A stretch of 64,000 bases of DNA from an uncultured Pseudogracilibacillus sp. (GTDB taxonomy: Bacteria; Bacillota; Bacilli; Bacillales; Amphibacillaceae): the NCBI GenBank assembly GCA_937960785.1, contig CALGOZ010000115.1, positions 446 through 64,445 of the forward strand, in the 5' to 3' direction. The notes under the pieces were generated by a model. That model saw only the letters and a program-made list of their open reading frames with translations. It was not told the origin of the DNA and did no database searches. Shown here in pieces: positions 20,633-31,032 of this stretch. A program made the translations under genes and the position numbers. Each line of letters begins with the position of its first letter. The stretch's first letter is position 1.

Positions 20633-21079
20633 ATGGAAAAAACTTTTATTATGGTAAAACCAGATGGTGTACAGCGCAATGTCATCGGCGAAGTAGTAAA
20701 ACGTTTCGAACAAAAAGGTTTTAAACTTGCCGGTGCGAAGTTAATGCAAGTATCACAGGAATTAGCCGAAACTCATTACAGTGAACATAAGGAGCGTCCA
20801 TTTTTCGGCGAGTTAGTAGACTTTATTACATCAGGACCAGTATTTGCGATGGTTTGGGAAGGGGAAAACGTTATTTCAACAGCTCGTACGATGATCGGTG
20901 CTACAAACCCACAGGAAGCAAATCCAGGGTCAATTCGTGGCGATTTCGGTGTGACAGTCGGTAAAAACATTATCCACGGGTCCGACTCAAAAGAAAGTGC
21001 AGAAAGAGAGATTAACTTATTCTTTAAAGAAGATGAACTAATCGCTTACGATAAACAAGATCACGATTGGATTTATTAA
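20633..21079 (+). CDS. ndk: nucleoside diphosphate kinase
   Basis: [15 protein letters not shown] and the catalytic-His motif NIIHGSDS. 148 aa from ATG 20633. Confidence 0.9.
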   Translation: MEKTFIMVKPDGVQRNVIGEVVKRFEQKGFKLAGAKLMQVSQELAETHYSEHKERPFFGELVDFITSGPVFAMVWEGENVISTARTMIGATNPQEANPGSIRGDFGVTVGKNIIHGSDSKESAEREINLFFKEDELIAYDKQDHDWIY

Positions 21080-21088
21080 TACCGTTTA

Positions 21089-21124
21089 AAGGCCTCTGTT
21101 ATTGTAACGGAGGCTTTCTATTAT
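21089..21124 (+). terminator. rho-independent terminator after ndk
   Basis: Stem aaggcctctgtta / taacggaggcttt (two G-U pairs), 3-nt loop, T-rich tail. Confidence 0.65.
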
Positions 21125-21148
21125 AGCTTACATAAGGAGAGCAAGTAC

Positions 21149-21928
21149 GTGGCTGAATACGAAGCTTTTATAGCGAAAGTTCATCAATTGTTAGATATCG
21201 ATTTGCATAGTTATAAAGAAGCACAAATGCGAAGACGTTTGACATCGTTACGTAATAAACGGGGTTTTCGAAGTTTCGAAACGTATTTCAAAGCAATTAA
21301 AGAAGACGAGTCTTTGCGGGAAGAATTTATCGATCGAATTACGATTAATGTATCTGAATTTTATCGGAATCCGCGCCGTTGGGATGTCCTAAGGGAAAAA
21401 GTTTTCCCAAAATTAATTGCAGAAAAAAGACGCGATACATTAGAAATTTGGAGCGCTGCATGTTCGACGGGAGAGGAACCATATAGCTTAGCGATTATGT
21501 TGAAAGAACATTTCCCAAAGGAAAAAGCTAATATACTAGCGACGGATCTCGACGAAAAGGTATTAGAAGTAGCTAAAAAAGGTGTATACGATGAGCAGGA
21601 TTTAAAAGATTTACCTCCCCATAAGAAAAGAAAATATTTCACTGAAATCGATCAAAAATTTGCAATCAATGAGGAGTTAAAGCGGAATATTACGTTTAAG
21701 CAACACGATTTATTAAAGGATCGTTATCCACGAAATATCGATTTAATCGTTTGTCGTAACGTTTTAATCTATTTTACAGATGATGCAAAAGATAAAATTT
21801 ATAAAAACTTAAGCGAATCACTCCGCACGAACGGTATATTATTCGTCGGTAGTACGGAGCAAATTTTTAATCCGAAAGAATATAATTTTGACTTATTTGA
21901 TACGTTTTTTTATGAAAAAGTTGAATAA
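21149..21928 (+). CDS. cheR: chemotaxis protein methyltransferase CheR
   Basis: CheR-type SAM methyltransferase (IWSAACSTGEEPYSLAI, VCRNVLIYF). GTG start after an aaggagag RBS. Sits between ndk and the aro genes as in B. subtilis. Confidence 0.85.
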   Translation: MAEYEAFIAKVHQLLDIDLHSYKEAQMRRRLTSLRNKRGFRSFETYFKAIKEDESLREEFIDRITINVSEFYRNPRRWDVLREKVFPKLIAEKRRDTLEIWSAACSTGEEPYSLAIMLKEHFPKEKANILATDLDEKVLEVAKKGVYDEQDLKDLPPHKKRKYFTEIDQKFAINEELKRNITFKQHDLLKDRYPRNIDLIVCRNVLIYFTDDAKDKIYKNLSESLRTNGILFVGSTEQIFNPKEYNFDLFDTFFYEKVE

Positions 21929-21946
21929 AAGAAAGGGGAACAGTCG

Positions 21947-23113
21947 ATGCGTTATTTAACAGCTGGTGAATCACATGGTAAAAAATTGACGACGATTATC
22001 GAAGGTGTACCGGCACGAATGCCTATTCGTAAGGAAGAGATCGATGAATCATTACTTCGCCGTCAAAAAGGACACGGACGTGGTCGTAGAATGCAAATAG
22101 AAAAAGACTTAGTTGAAATTACAAGCGGAGTGCGTCATGGTTATACGCTCGGCTCACCAATCGCATTAGAAGTAGTAAATGATGACTTTAAAAGTTGGGT
22201 CGATATTATGGGCGAAGAACCAATTGATGAAGATGAAAAAATTCGTCGTGTCGTCACTCGTCCCCGTCCAGGTCATGCCGATTTAAATGGTGCGATTAAA
22301 TATGGCCATCGGGATATGCGTAACGTATTAGAACGTTCTAGTGCGAGAGAAACGACAGCAAGAGTCGCAGCAGGAGCTGTTGCTAAAATTATGCTTCGTC
22401 AACTAGGAATTGAAGTTTGTGGTTACGTGAAAGAAATTGGCGGTATTCAAGCAGATGAGCGACCGGAATTAACAATAGAAGAGAGAAAGGAAATCTCTGA
22501 AGAATCTCCCGTTCGTGTGCTCGATCAATCCGTAGAACAAGAAATGATGGATGCAATTGACCAAGCAAAGGCAGACGGTGATTCTATCGGCGGGGTTTGT
22601 GAAGTATATGTCGAAGGAATGCCAGCAGGAATAGGTTCGTACGTCCATTATGATCGTAAACTTGACGGTAAGTTAGCCCAAGCGGTAATGAGTATTAACG
22701 CTTTTAAAGGAGTAGAAATCGGCATTGGTTTTGAAGCCGCTCGTAAAAACGGAAGTGAAGTTCACGATGAAATTTTATGGAGTAAAGAACGAGGTTATTA
22801 CCGACGTACGAATCGTTTAGGTGGTTTTGAAGGTGGAATGACAAGTGGTATGCCTCTTATTATAAAGGGTGTAATGAAACCAATTCCGACATTATATAAA
22901 CCACTTCAAAGTGTCGATATCGAAACGAAAGAGCCGTTTAATGCAAGCATTGAACGTTCAGACTCTTGTGCAGTTCCTGCTGCAAGCGTCGTTATGGAAC
23001 ATGTCGTTGCCTTCGAATTAGCAAAAGCAATTACAGAACAATTTACGAGCGATTCCTTCCCACAATTAAAACGGGAGTTAGATGAATATCGTGAAGAAAT
23101 TAGAGGGTTTTAA
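21947..23113 (+). CDS. aroC: chorismate synthase
   Basis: [13 protein letters not shown]-terminus and RPRPGHADL. 388 aa. Confidence 0.9.
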   Translation: MRYLTAGESHGKKLTTIIEGVPARMPIRKEEIDESLLRRQKGHGRGRRMQIEKDLVEITSGVRHGYTLGSPIALEVVNDDFKSWVDIMGEEPIDEDEKIRRVVTRPRPGHADLNGAIKYGHRDMRNVLERSSARETTARVAAGAVAKIMLRQLGIEVCGYVKEIGGIQADERPELTIEERKEISEESPVRVLDQSVEQEMMDAIDQAKADGDSIGGVCEVYVEGMPAGIGSYVHYDRKLDGKLAQAVMSINAFKGVEIGIGFEAARKNGSEVHDEILWSKERGYYRRTNRLGGFEGGMTSGMPLIIKGVMKPIPTLYKPLQSVDIETKEPFNASIERSDSCAVPAASVVMEHVVAFELAKAITEQFTSDSFPQLKRELDEYREEIRGF

Positions 23114-24193
23114 ATGAAAGAGTTATTCATTCAGACTTCCACTCATGATTATACAGTTTATGTTGGCAAAGGCCTTCGCTACAAACTTAATGAATTGTTA
23201 CCGAGAGATTATCGAGATATTTTAATCATTACAGATGATGTAGTAGCTCCGCTTTATTTAGAGGATTTTAAAGCGACACTTAAAGCTCCCTCGGTTACCG
23301 TATTCGAAGTCATTATACCTAGTGGTGAACGATCAAAAAGTATCGAACAATATTACCGATTACAAACGAAAGCCTTAGAATACAATTTAGACCGTAACTC
23401 TTTAATCGTTGCGCTAGGCGGTGGAGTCGTAGGTGATTTAGCGGGCTTTGTCGCGGCAACCTTTATGCGTGGAATCGATTATGTGCAAGTTCCGACGACT
23501 ATTTTAGCTCATGACAGTAGTGTCGGTGGAAAAGTTGCGATTAACCATGAACTTGGGAAAAATTTAATCGGTGCTTTTTATCCACCCCGTGCAGTTATTT
23601 ATGATATCGATACGTTAAAGTCGCTTCCAGAACACGAAGTTCGTTCTGGTTATGCAGAAATAGTAAAAGAAGCTTTCATTCAAGAGGAAGTTTTTTTATC
23701 GGAACTATTGTCGAAAAATTTAAATAATATTAGTGAACAAGAACTAATTGCACATTTATATAAAGGCATTAAAGTAAAAGCCACAATCGTCGAACAAGAT
23801 GAAACAGAGGCTGATATAAGGAAATTTTTAAATTTCGGTCATACCTTGGCCCATGCCATAGAAGCAAAATTAAGTTATGGTCGCATTACCCATGGAGAAG
23901 CAGTAGCCATTGGTATGTTATTTGCCCTTAAAATTAGTGAGTCGTATTCGGATACTGATTTGCAAATAGATAAATATAAACAATGGTTGAAAATGAACGA
24001 TTATCCGCTGACGCTTTTCGATTTAGAAAGTAATTCCCTCATAGAAACGATGAAATTAGATAAAAAAGCGACAGCAGACTCAATACAATTAGTATTATTA
24101 GAAAAGTTAGGGAAGCCAATTGTCGTCGATTTTTCCGAAATGAAATTAAAAACTTATCTCGATGCATTTATAAAGGAGCTGAGTGAGACGTGA
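23114..24193 (+). CDS. aroB: 3-dehydroquinate synthase
   Basis: GGGVVGDLAGFVAATFMRGI and HTLAHAIE..HGEAVAIGM. The start abuts the aroC stop. Confidence 0.9.
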   Translation: MKELFIQTSTHDYTVYVGKGLRYKLNELLPRDYRDILIITDDVVAPLYLEDFKATLKAPSVTVFEVIIPSGERSKSIEQYYRLQTKALEYNLDRNSLIVALGGGVVGDLAGFVAATFMRGIDYVQVPTTILAHDSSVGGKVAINHELGKNLIGAFYPPRAVIYDIDTLKSLPEHEVRSGYAEIVKEAFIQEEVFLSELLSKNLNNISEQELIAHLYKGIKVKATIVEQDETEADIRKFLNFGHTLAHAIEAKLSYGRITHGEAVAIGMLFALKISESYSDTDLQIDKYKQWLKMNDYPLTLFDLESNSLIETMKLDKKATADSIQLVLLEKLGKPIVVDFSEMKLKTYLDAFIKELSET

Positions 24194-24567
24194 TACGTGG
24201 TTTTCGTGGCGCTACGACAGTTACAAAAAATGAAGAAACTGAAATCTTAAATGAAACCGAAAGACTCGTTCGGAAAATGATTGAAAAAAATCGCATTGAG
24301 CCTGAGCAGATTTCTCACGTCTTTTTTTCGGTTACCGAAGATTTAAATGCAGTTTTTCCGGCGAAGGTTAGTCGCCGAATCAAAGGTTGGAAGCATGTAC
24401 CAGTTATGTGTATGCGCGAAATTGACGTGCCGAACAGTTTAGAACGGTGCATTCGAATTATGCTTGTTGCAAATACTTCCTTAAGTCAACAAGAAGTTGA
24501 ACATATTTACTTGAACGAAGCAGTTCAGTTACGACCAGATCTACTCGATAAAAAGAAGGTGAAATAA
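24190..24567 (+). CDS. aroH: chorismate mutase, AroH class
   Basis: MIRGFRGATTV N-terminus typical of AroH. 125 aa. GTGA overlap with the aroB stop. Confidence 0.85.
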   Translation: MIRGFRGATTVTKNEETEILNETERLVRKMIEKNRIEPEQISHVFFSVTEDLNAVFPAKVSRRIKGWKHVPVMCMREIDVPNSLERCIRIMLVANTSLSQQEVEHIYLNEAVQLRPDLLDKKKVK

Positions 24568-25661
24568 TGTTGGGAAAAGCAGTCTTACAAGAACTATCTG
24601 CTTATAAACAAGGTATACAAATAAAAGATGTGCAAAAAAAATATAATTTAGAAAAAATCATAAAACTCGCTTCAAACGAAAATCCGTACGGTTATTCTGA
24701 TTTAGTGACGGAGACGTTAAAAGAAATGGAGCATGATTTTTTCCTATATCCGGATGGATATGCTGAACGATTACGAAGGAAGCTAGCGGAATCCTATCGT
24801 ATTTCACTGGACAATCTTGTTTTTGGTGCTGGATCGGATGAGATTATTACTTTTATTTGTCGAGCATTTTTACATGAAGGAACAAATACGGTAATGGCTA
24901 AAGCGACATTTCCACAATATCGTCATCATGCCTTAATCGAAGGAGCAACAGTTAAAGAAATTCCAACTTTACAAAATGGTGCTCACGATTTAGACGGTAT
25001 GTTAGAGGCAATTGATCAAAATACAAAAGTCGTTTGGCTATGTACGCCAGACAATCCAACGGGACAATTGATTCGTTATGTGCAATTTCAACAATTTATG
25101 GACAAATGTCCGGAAGATGTCGTCGTCGTGTTAGATGAAGCGTATTATGAGTATGTCGATCCTAATTTGCGCTATCCTTTTGAAGAAGTGCTCGAAAAAT
25201 ATCCGAATGTCATTATGTTACGAACGTTTTCAAAAATTTATGGTTTAGCCAGTTTACGAGTTGGCTATGGAATTGCGAATGAGTCGATTGCTCATCTATT
25301 AAACGTCGTTCGGGGACCTTTTAATACGACAACGTTAAGCCAACGACTTTGTGAAGCTGCCATTTCTGACCAAGCATTTGTTGAACGGACTAGACAAATG
25401 AATGCAAAAGTTCGTACTCAATTCGAGCAATTTTTAGACTCAATTGGTTGGGAATATTATGAATCTCATACGAACTTTTTACTCGTAAAAACTCCAATCG
25501 ACGCTGATAAAGCTTCCAACTATTTATTACAAAAAGGCTTTATCGTTAGGTCAGGGAGTTTATTAGGATACCCGAGGACGCTTCGTATTACAATCGGGAC
25601 AGAAGAAGATATGACTGCATTACAACAAGTTATTTTGCAATTACAAAGAGAACTGGAATAA
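24567..25661 (+). CDS. hisC: histidinol-phosphate / aromatic aminotransferase
   Basis: Class II aminotransferase with the PLP-lysine context TFSKIYGLASLRVGY. TAATG overlap with the aroH stop. Confidence 0.85.
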   Translation: MLGKAVLQELSAYKQGIQIKDVQKKYNLEKIIKLASNENPYGYSDLVTETLKEMEHDFFLYPDGYAERLRRKLAESYRISLDNLVFGAGSDEIITFICRAFLHEGTNTVMAKATFPQYRHHALIEGATVKEIPTLQNGAHDLDGMLEAIDQNTKVVWLCTPDNPTGQLIRYVQFQQFMDKCPEDVVVVLDEAYYEYVDPNLRYPFEEVLEKYPNVIMLRTFSKIYGLASLRVGYGIANESIAHLLNVVRGPFNTTTLSQRLCEAAISDQAFVERTRQMNAKVRTQFEQFLDSIGWEYYESHTNFLLVKTPIDADKASNYLLQKGFIVRSGSLLGYPRTLRITIGTEEDMTALQQVILQLQRELE

Positions 25662-25673
25662 AGAGGTATGAAA

Positions 25674-26777
25674 ATGACGCGTAAAGTGTTAGTCGCTGGG
25701 CTGGGGTTAATCGGAGGTTCCCTAGCAAAAGCGATGCGAAAAGATGAACAAAATTATGTAATCGGTTATGACTTAGATGAAGGGACGTTAGAATATGCTC
25801 TTGAAGAACAGATCGTACATGAAGTGACTGATTCAATCGAAGCAGTAATAAATAAAATCGATGTAATGATCATTGCGACACCAATTTCTTCAACAATTGA
25901 ATTGTTGAAGAAAATAGACGAAATTGCAATTTCAAAACCAGTCATCGTTACCGATGTAAGTTCAGTAAAAGGTTCTGTTTTAAACGTTGCTAATGATTTA
26001 CAAAATAAAAACATTATTTTTATCGGTGGCCACCCGATGGCAGGTTCTCATAAAACGGGAATTGAAGCAGCGAAAGCCCATCTTTTTGAAAATGCGATTT
26101 ACGTCTTAACACCGACGAAAGATAGTCGCGAAAAGGAAATTGATTTTTTAAAAGAGACGCTAAAAGAAACGAAAAGTAATTTTATTATTTTACAACCGGA
26201 AGAACATGACGAAATGACGAGTGTCATTAGTCACTTTCCACATTTAATCGCTTCGTCCCTTGTACATCAAGCACGAAAATGGGAACAAGTACACGAATTT
26301 TTACCGGAATTAGCTGCTGGAGGTTTTCGGGATATTACCCGAATTGCCTCAAGTAATCCGACAATGTGGCAAGATATTTTTCAACATAACGGTGAGCAGA
26401 TGTCCCGCTTATTACAAGATTGGATTAATGAAATGGTCACTTTGAAGGAATTTTTAGATAAAAATAGTAAAGAAAAAATGATTACGTATTTAGAACAAGC
26501 GAAAAAATATCGAGACGGTTTGGGCGTCGAACGGACCCGAGGTGCACTTCCATCTTATTACGATATTTACGTTGATATTCAAGATAAGCCAGGAGCAATC
26601 GCTGGTGTTGTTCAACTGTTAGCGGACGCGGAAATTAGTTTACGGAACATTAGAATTTTGGAAATTCGCGATAATGTTAGCGGAGCCTTGCGCTTAAGTG
26701 TCACCCATCATCGCGATCAGCAAAAAGCTTATGAACTTCTAAAGCGACATGATTACGAAGTTTATTTAGATGTATAA
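25674..26777 (+). CDS. tyrA: prephenate dehydrogenase with C-terminal ACT domain
   Basis: Rossmann VAGLGLIGGS, GGHPMAGS, and an ACT-like C-terminus. ATG 25674 has better RBS spacing (aaagaggt, 7 nt) than the track start 25668. Confidence 0.85.
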   Translation: MTRKVLVAGLGLIGGSLAKAMRKDEQNYVIGYDLDEGTLEYALEEQIVHEVTDSIEAVINKIDVMIIATPISSTIELLKKIDEIAISKPVIVTDVSSVKGSVLNVANDLQNKNIIFIGGHPMAGSHKTGIEAAKAHLFENAIYVLTPTKDSREKEIDFLKETLKETKSNFIILQPEEHDEMTSVISHFPHLIASSLVHQARKWEQVHEFLPELAAGGFRDITRIASSNPTMWQDIFQHNGEQMSRLLQDWINEMVTLKEFLDKNSKEKMITYLEQAKKYRDGLGVERTRGALPSYYDIYVDIQDKPGAIAGVVQLLADAEISLRNIRILEIRDNVSGALRLSVTHHRDQQKAYELLKRHDYEVYLDV

Positions 26778-26797
26778 AGTATTGGGGGATAGTTTTC

Positions 26798-28108
26798 ATG
26801 GCTTTTTTATTTCCTTCTTTAACGCAACCTTTAAAAGGTGAAGTGCACGTACCTGGAGATAAGTCGATTTCCCACCGAGCAATTATGTTAAGCGCCCTAG
26901 CAAAAGGGACGACGAGAATTAGCAATTTTTTAGATGGTGAGGATTGTTTACATACGATTTCTATTTTTAAACAATTAGGTGTATCTATCGAACAACAAGG
27001 TACTAAAGTGCTTGTTACTAGCGATGGGTTTTCGTCGTTTCAAGAGCCCCTTGTCCCATTATATTTTGGAAACTCTGGTACGACAGCTCGTCTAATGTTA
27101 GGTATTTTATGTAATCTACCGTTTCATACTGTCCTATATGGCGATCCTTATTTAACAGTTCGTCCAATGGATCGTGTTGTCATTCCTCTACGAAAGATGG
27201 GGGCTCAAATAGATGGTCGGAAAAAAGGTTCCTATTTACCCTTAGCAATTCGGGGTTCTAGCTTACAAGGTATAACTTATGATATCCCGGTAAAAAGCGC
27301 TCAAGTAAAGTCTGCAATTCTTTTAGCCGGCTTATTAGCTGAAGGAAAGACTGTTGTTACAGAATTAGCTAAAACTCGAGACCATACTGAAAATATGCTA
27401 CATGCCTTTGGAGCAAATATTATAGTAGAGGGAAATAAAATTACAATTTCAAACGATGAACCACTTACTCCTGTCGATATCGTTGTTCCAGGAGACATTT
27501 CTTCAGCAGCCTTTTTCCTCGTCGCAGCGGCGATTGTACCGAATAGTGAAATCATGTTGCGCAATGTCGGTTTAAATGAAACTCGTACCGGTATTATCGA
27601 TGTGTTGCAATCGATGGGGGCTGATTTAACGATCGTTAATAAACGTGCAAGTGGTGGAGAACCTGTCGGAGATATAATCGTTCGTTATAAAGAGCTAGAA
27701 GGTACCGAAATCGATGGAGACTTAATTCCTCGCTTAATTGATGAAATTCCAATTATCGCCTTATTAGCAACCCAAGCAAAGGGTAAAACGATAATTTCAA
27801 ATGCCGAAGAATTACGAGTAAAAGAAACCGATCGGATAAAAGCAGTTGTTGAAGTGCTATCAACGTTAGGCGCAACAATTGAAGAAAAAGAAGACGGAAT
27901 GATTATTTATGGAAAAAAACAGTTAAAAGGTGGGAATATTAAAAGTTATAACGACCACCGAATGGCTATGCTTGGTGCAATTGCTTCACTTGTATGTACA
28001 GAACAAGTAACAATTGATGATGTCTCATCGATTAATATATCTTATCCTGAATTTTTTGAACATATTTCATCATTGACTGGGTTAAATTACGAAAATCTTT
28101 CTATTTAA
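26798..28108 (+). CDS. aroA: 3-phosphoshikimate 1-carboxyvinyltransferase (EPSP synthase)
   Basis: LKGEVHVPGDKSISHRAIML, LYFGNSGTTARL, and RVKETDRI. 436 aa. Confidence 0.9.
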   Translation: MAFLFPSLTQPLKGEVHVPGDKSISHRAIMLSALAKGTTRISNFLDGEDCLHTISIFKQLGVSIEQQGTKVLVTSDGFSSFQEPLVPLYFGNSGTTARLMLGILCNLPFHTVLYGDPYLTVRPMDRVVIPLRKMGAQIDGRKKGSYLPLAIRGSSLQGITYDIPVKSAQVKSAILLAGLLAEGKTVVTELAKTRDHTENMLHAFGANIIVEGNKITISNDEPLTPVDIVVPGDISSAAFFLVAAAIVPNSEIMLRNVGLNETRTGIIDVLQSMGADLTIVNKRASGGEPVGDIIVRYKELEGTEIDGDLIPRLIDEIPIIALLATQAKGKTIISNAEELRVKETDRIKAVVEVLSTLGATIEEKEDGMIIYGKKQLKGGNIKSYNDHRMAMLGAIASLVCTEQVTIDDVSSINISYPEFFEHISSLTGLNYENLSI

Positions 28109-28180
28109 ATTTGTCAACAGTCTCCATACGCTTTACAATAGAACTACAGAAAAAACTAAGTTAATACTTCCTTAAACGAA

Positions 28181-28229
28181 AAAATGGATTGAGTTATTGT
28201 AAAGTTAAACAACTCAATCCATTTTGTTA
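28181..28229 (+). terminator. rho-independent terminator after aroA
   Basis: 15-bp perfect stem aaaatggattgagtt / aactcaatccatttt with a 15-nt loop and a T-rich 3' arm. Confidence 0.75.
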
Positions 28230-28551
28230 TTAAAAAGGGGTTTGTAGCAAGTAAGTTTTAATAAAATGTATTCCAATTTTGCTCTAGTGCACTATAGAAG
28301 AGTGCGTGAAAGGAATTTTTTACAACACTTAATAATCCTTTATGTGTGGATTCTAAGAGTTTGTTTAGCCGTAAGCTTTCTACATCATCTATATTACCAT
28401 TGTTGAACTGGAATTTTTACATAGGGAATCTTTTTAAATTAGCCTCTTTAACGTTTAACGACGATATTGCAAAATAATCGATTGTTTTCATGTACAAAAG
28501 AATACTACCTTTGATACACTAGAGTACGGAATTGAAAGGGAAGGTGGAAAG

Positions 28552-29826
28552 ATGAAAGATTTGAAAACCGCATTAGCCCTTATGGAAACTGGTCAAGCAG
28601 AAGAAGCTTATGAACTTTTAAAGGCCAAAGTTCCTGAAACTTCTGATGAAGAGAAATTTGTCATCGTTGAAATTTTTGAAGAATGGGGTTATTTCGATGA
28701 TGCAATCGATGTGATTACACAATTACTCGACCGTTATCCCGAGGAAGGACAACTAATCACAAAGTTAGCTCACTTCTATATCGAACTAGAAGAAGATGAA
28801 AGGGCAATTGACTTGTTAAACCAAGTGGCAGAAGATGATCCTTTTTATGTTCATTCTCTACTTCTACTAGCTGATTTATATGAAAGAGAAGGCTTACTTG
28901 AAGTATCGGAGCAAAAACTACTAGAAGCAAAAAATTACGTTTCCGATGAAGAAATGTATATTATTGATTTTGCTTTAGCTGAACTTTATTTAACGCTAGG
29001 TCAAGCACAAAAAGCGATTGTATTTTATGAAAAAGTATTAGAAGTTGAAAAGGAACTTAATGGTATTTTAATCGAACAACGTTTAGCAGAAAGCTATACG
29101 TTACAGGGAGCCTACGAAAAAGCTTTACAATATTACGACCGTTTACAACTTGATGATCCGAACGAACTGTTTCAACATGCTTTTGTTGCTGAACGAGCAC
29201 AAGAACATAACCGAGCAATCCAACTATGGAACAAAATTATTGAACTAGATCCTCACTATCATCCTGTCTACTATGAATTAGCCAAAGCCTATGAACATAA
29301 TAACAAACTGAATAAAGCTTATGAAATTGCACAAAAAGGCTTGAAATATGATGAGTTTAACAAACGTCTTTACTTTCTAATTGGAAAGCTTGCCCTTAAA
29401 CTTGATAAAGAAGAAGAAGCGATTGAATCTTTACAAGAAGCAATAGCCCTCGATGAAGATTATAAAGAGGCGATTTTATTACTAACCGATGTATACGAAC
29501 AACAGCAGAACTATGAAGAAATCGTTCAATTTTTAACTTATATTAAAAAAATCGGTGGTGCAGATCCAGTCTATGATTGGAAGCTAGCTACTGCTTATAA
29601 TGAATTGGAACAATACGAAAGAGCAAAAGAATTGTTTGAAGATGCTTATTTCCATTTACAAGAGGATAGTAGCTTTTTAAAAGAATATGGTTTTTTCTTA
29701 ATTGAAGAAGGCGAAAGAGAAAGAGGAACTGAAATTTTAACGAAATATACACAACTTATACCAGAAGACGAAGAAACGATTGCTTTTTTGGAACGTATTC
29801 ATTTCTCAAATGAGGATGAAATATGA
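28552..29826 (+). CDS. ypiA: TPR-repeat protein YpiA
   Basis: 424 aa of repeated TPR-like helical units (A..Y.KAL..D.....A...LA..Y). Lies at the ypiA position after aroA/aroE. Confidence 0.7.
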   Translation: MKDLKTALALMETGQAEEAYELLKAKVPETSDEEKFVIVEIFEEWGYFDDAIDVITQLLDRYPEEGQLITKLAHFYIELEEDERAIDLLNQVAEDDPFYVHSLLLLADLYEREGLLEVSEQKLLEAKNYVSDEEMYIIDFALAELYLTLGQAQKAIVFYEKVLEVEKELNGILIEQRLAESYTLQGAYEKALQYYDRLQLDDPNELFQHAFVAERAQEHNRAIQLWNKIIELDPHYHPVYYELAKAYEHNNKLNKAYEIAQKGLKYDEFNKRLYFLIGKLALKLDKEEEAIESLQEAIALDEDYKEAILLLTDVYEQQQNYEEIVQFLTYIKKIGGADPVYDWKLATAYNELEQYERAKELFEDAYFHLQEDSSFLKEYGFFLIEEGERERGTEILTKYTQLIPEDEETIAFLERIHFSNEDEI

Positions 29827-29859
29827 TAGGATAAGTCTTAAGGAGGACGATTTTAAAAT

Positions 29860-30390
29860 ATGCAGAGAATTCCAAGTTCTGTGAAATATAAAAAACGTTT
29901 TTTACGTTGGTTTTTAAATACACAGCTAACTGAAGAAGACGATGTTACTTGGTTTTTAGAGGATTTGCTCGTAGATGACCAAGCGCTCAACCGTATTCGC
30001 TTCGTCGAGCGAATAGAAGCAAGCCCTAAAGGAATTATTATTTCAACATTACCTGGGGATCAACCGTTTATCTTTTTTAAAGGCTCAATTCAGTCGGATA
30101 ATGTATATACAGCATATCACGAGTTACAATTGTATGATGATGAACTATTTTACGTCCAAATTAAATTTCCTAAACTTGAAAGAAATCGTCTTTATCAACT
30201 ATTACTTCGTGAAGAACGAACAGCAGAACGAAAGGATAAAGCAATTGCAACCCATTTACTAAATCATTTGCTCCAGACTGAAAAAGAAGCACTAATTTTG
30301 CAAAAAATTGACTGGGCCTTAGATACAAAAAATGAAGCGATGTTTCACCATTACACAAAAAAATTAAAACAATTACAACAAGAATTGTAA
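29860..30390 (+). CDS. ypiB: UPF0302 protein YpiB
   Basis: 176 aa. N-terminus KKRFLRWFLN...SPKGIIIS...FFK resembles B. subtilis YpiB. Follows ypiA. Confidence 0.65.
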   Translation: MQRIPSSVKYKKRFLRWFLNTQLTEEDDVTWFLEDLLVDDQALNRIRFVERIEASPKGIIISTLPGDQPFIFFKGSIQSDNVYTAYHELQLYDDELFYVQIKFPKLERNRLYQLLLREERTAERKDKAIATHLLNHLLQTEKEALILQKIDWALDTKNEAMFHHYTKKLKQLQQEL

Positions 30391-30418
30391 AGTCTATATA
30401 AAGAGGGGTTTAATCAAA

Positions 30419-30877
30419 ATGAAATGGCAAAAAGATGATATTGAAAAATACGTCGAAGCAAAGGAATATATCGATACAGTAGTTATACCTGTCCAATCGT
30501 TTCATTTAGAAGAAGATACACAATTAGTTAAAGATACTTTCTCAAGTGAGGTATTATCAATATATGCCCATGAAATTGAAAAAGAATTAAGTGGGCGTCT
30601 TTTACTTACACCGACCTACACGTACAATAAAAAGTCTGATTTAAGTAAAGAAATCGAACGGATGAACGAATGGATTGACGATTTAAAAACCCAACCCTTC
30701 GAGCATATCTTTTTATTAACATTAGATGTATCTTTAAAGAAGGTCGAACGAGATCTCGATGGTCATCTATTATGGGTTCCTGGTTTAAAACCGACGAACC
30801 TTCAATCCCAGGAAGCTGTTCAATTTATTCGAAGCCAAATCGAACAAATTAGTGAGTTAATTCGCGCATATTGGTAA
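30419..30877 (+). CDS. ypiF: DUF2487-type protein YpiF
   Basis: 152 aa between ypiB and qcrA, as in B. subtilis. Call is by synteny. Confidence 0.55.
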   Translation: MKWQKDDIEKYVEAKEYIDTVVIPVQSFHLEEDTQLVKDTFSSEVLSIYAHEIEKELSGRLLLTPTYTYNKKSDLSKEIERMNEWIDDLKTQPFEHIFLLTLDVSLKKVERDLDGHLLWVPGLKPTNLQSQEAVQFIRSQIEQISELIRAYW

Positions 30878-30933
30878 CAATATGACTAAATAGTAAATAA
30901 TCTTGACGAATTTTCAATAAAATACATTAATAA

Positions 30934-30962
30934 TTGACCAGAGATTCATATTGCGTTATTAT
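30934..30962 (+). promoter_or_regulatory. candidate sigma-A promoter of qcrABC
   Basis: ttgacc (-35), a 17-nt spacer, then tattat (-10), about 70 nt upstream of the qcrA ATG. Confidence 0.45.
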
Positions 30963-31032
30963 GTAAATGTCCTAGTATTTACTTTTGAAAATTTGTCCGT
31001 GATAAACGACATGATAAAGAGGGGGGAACTTC

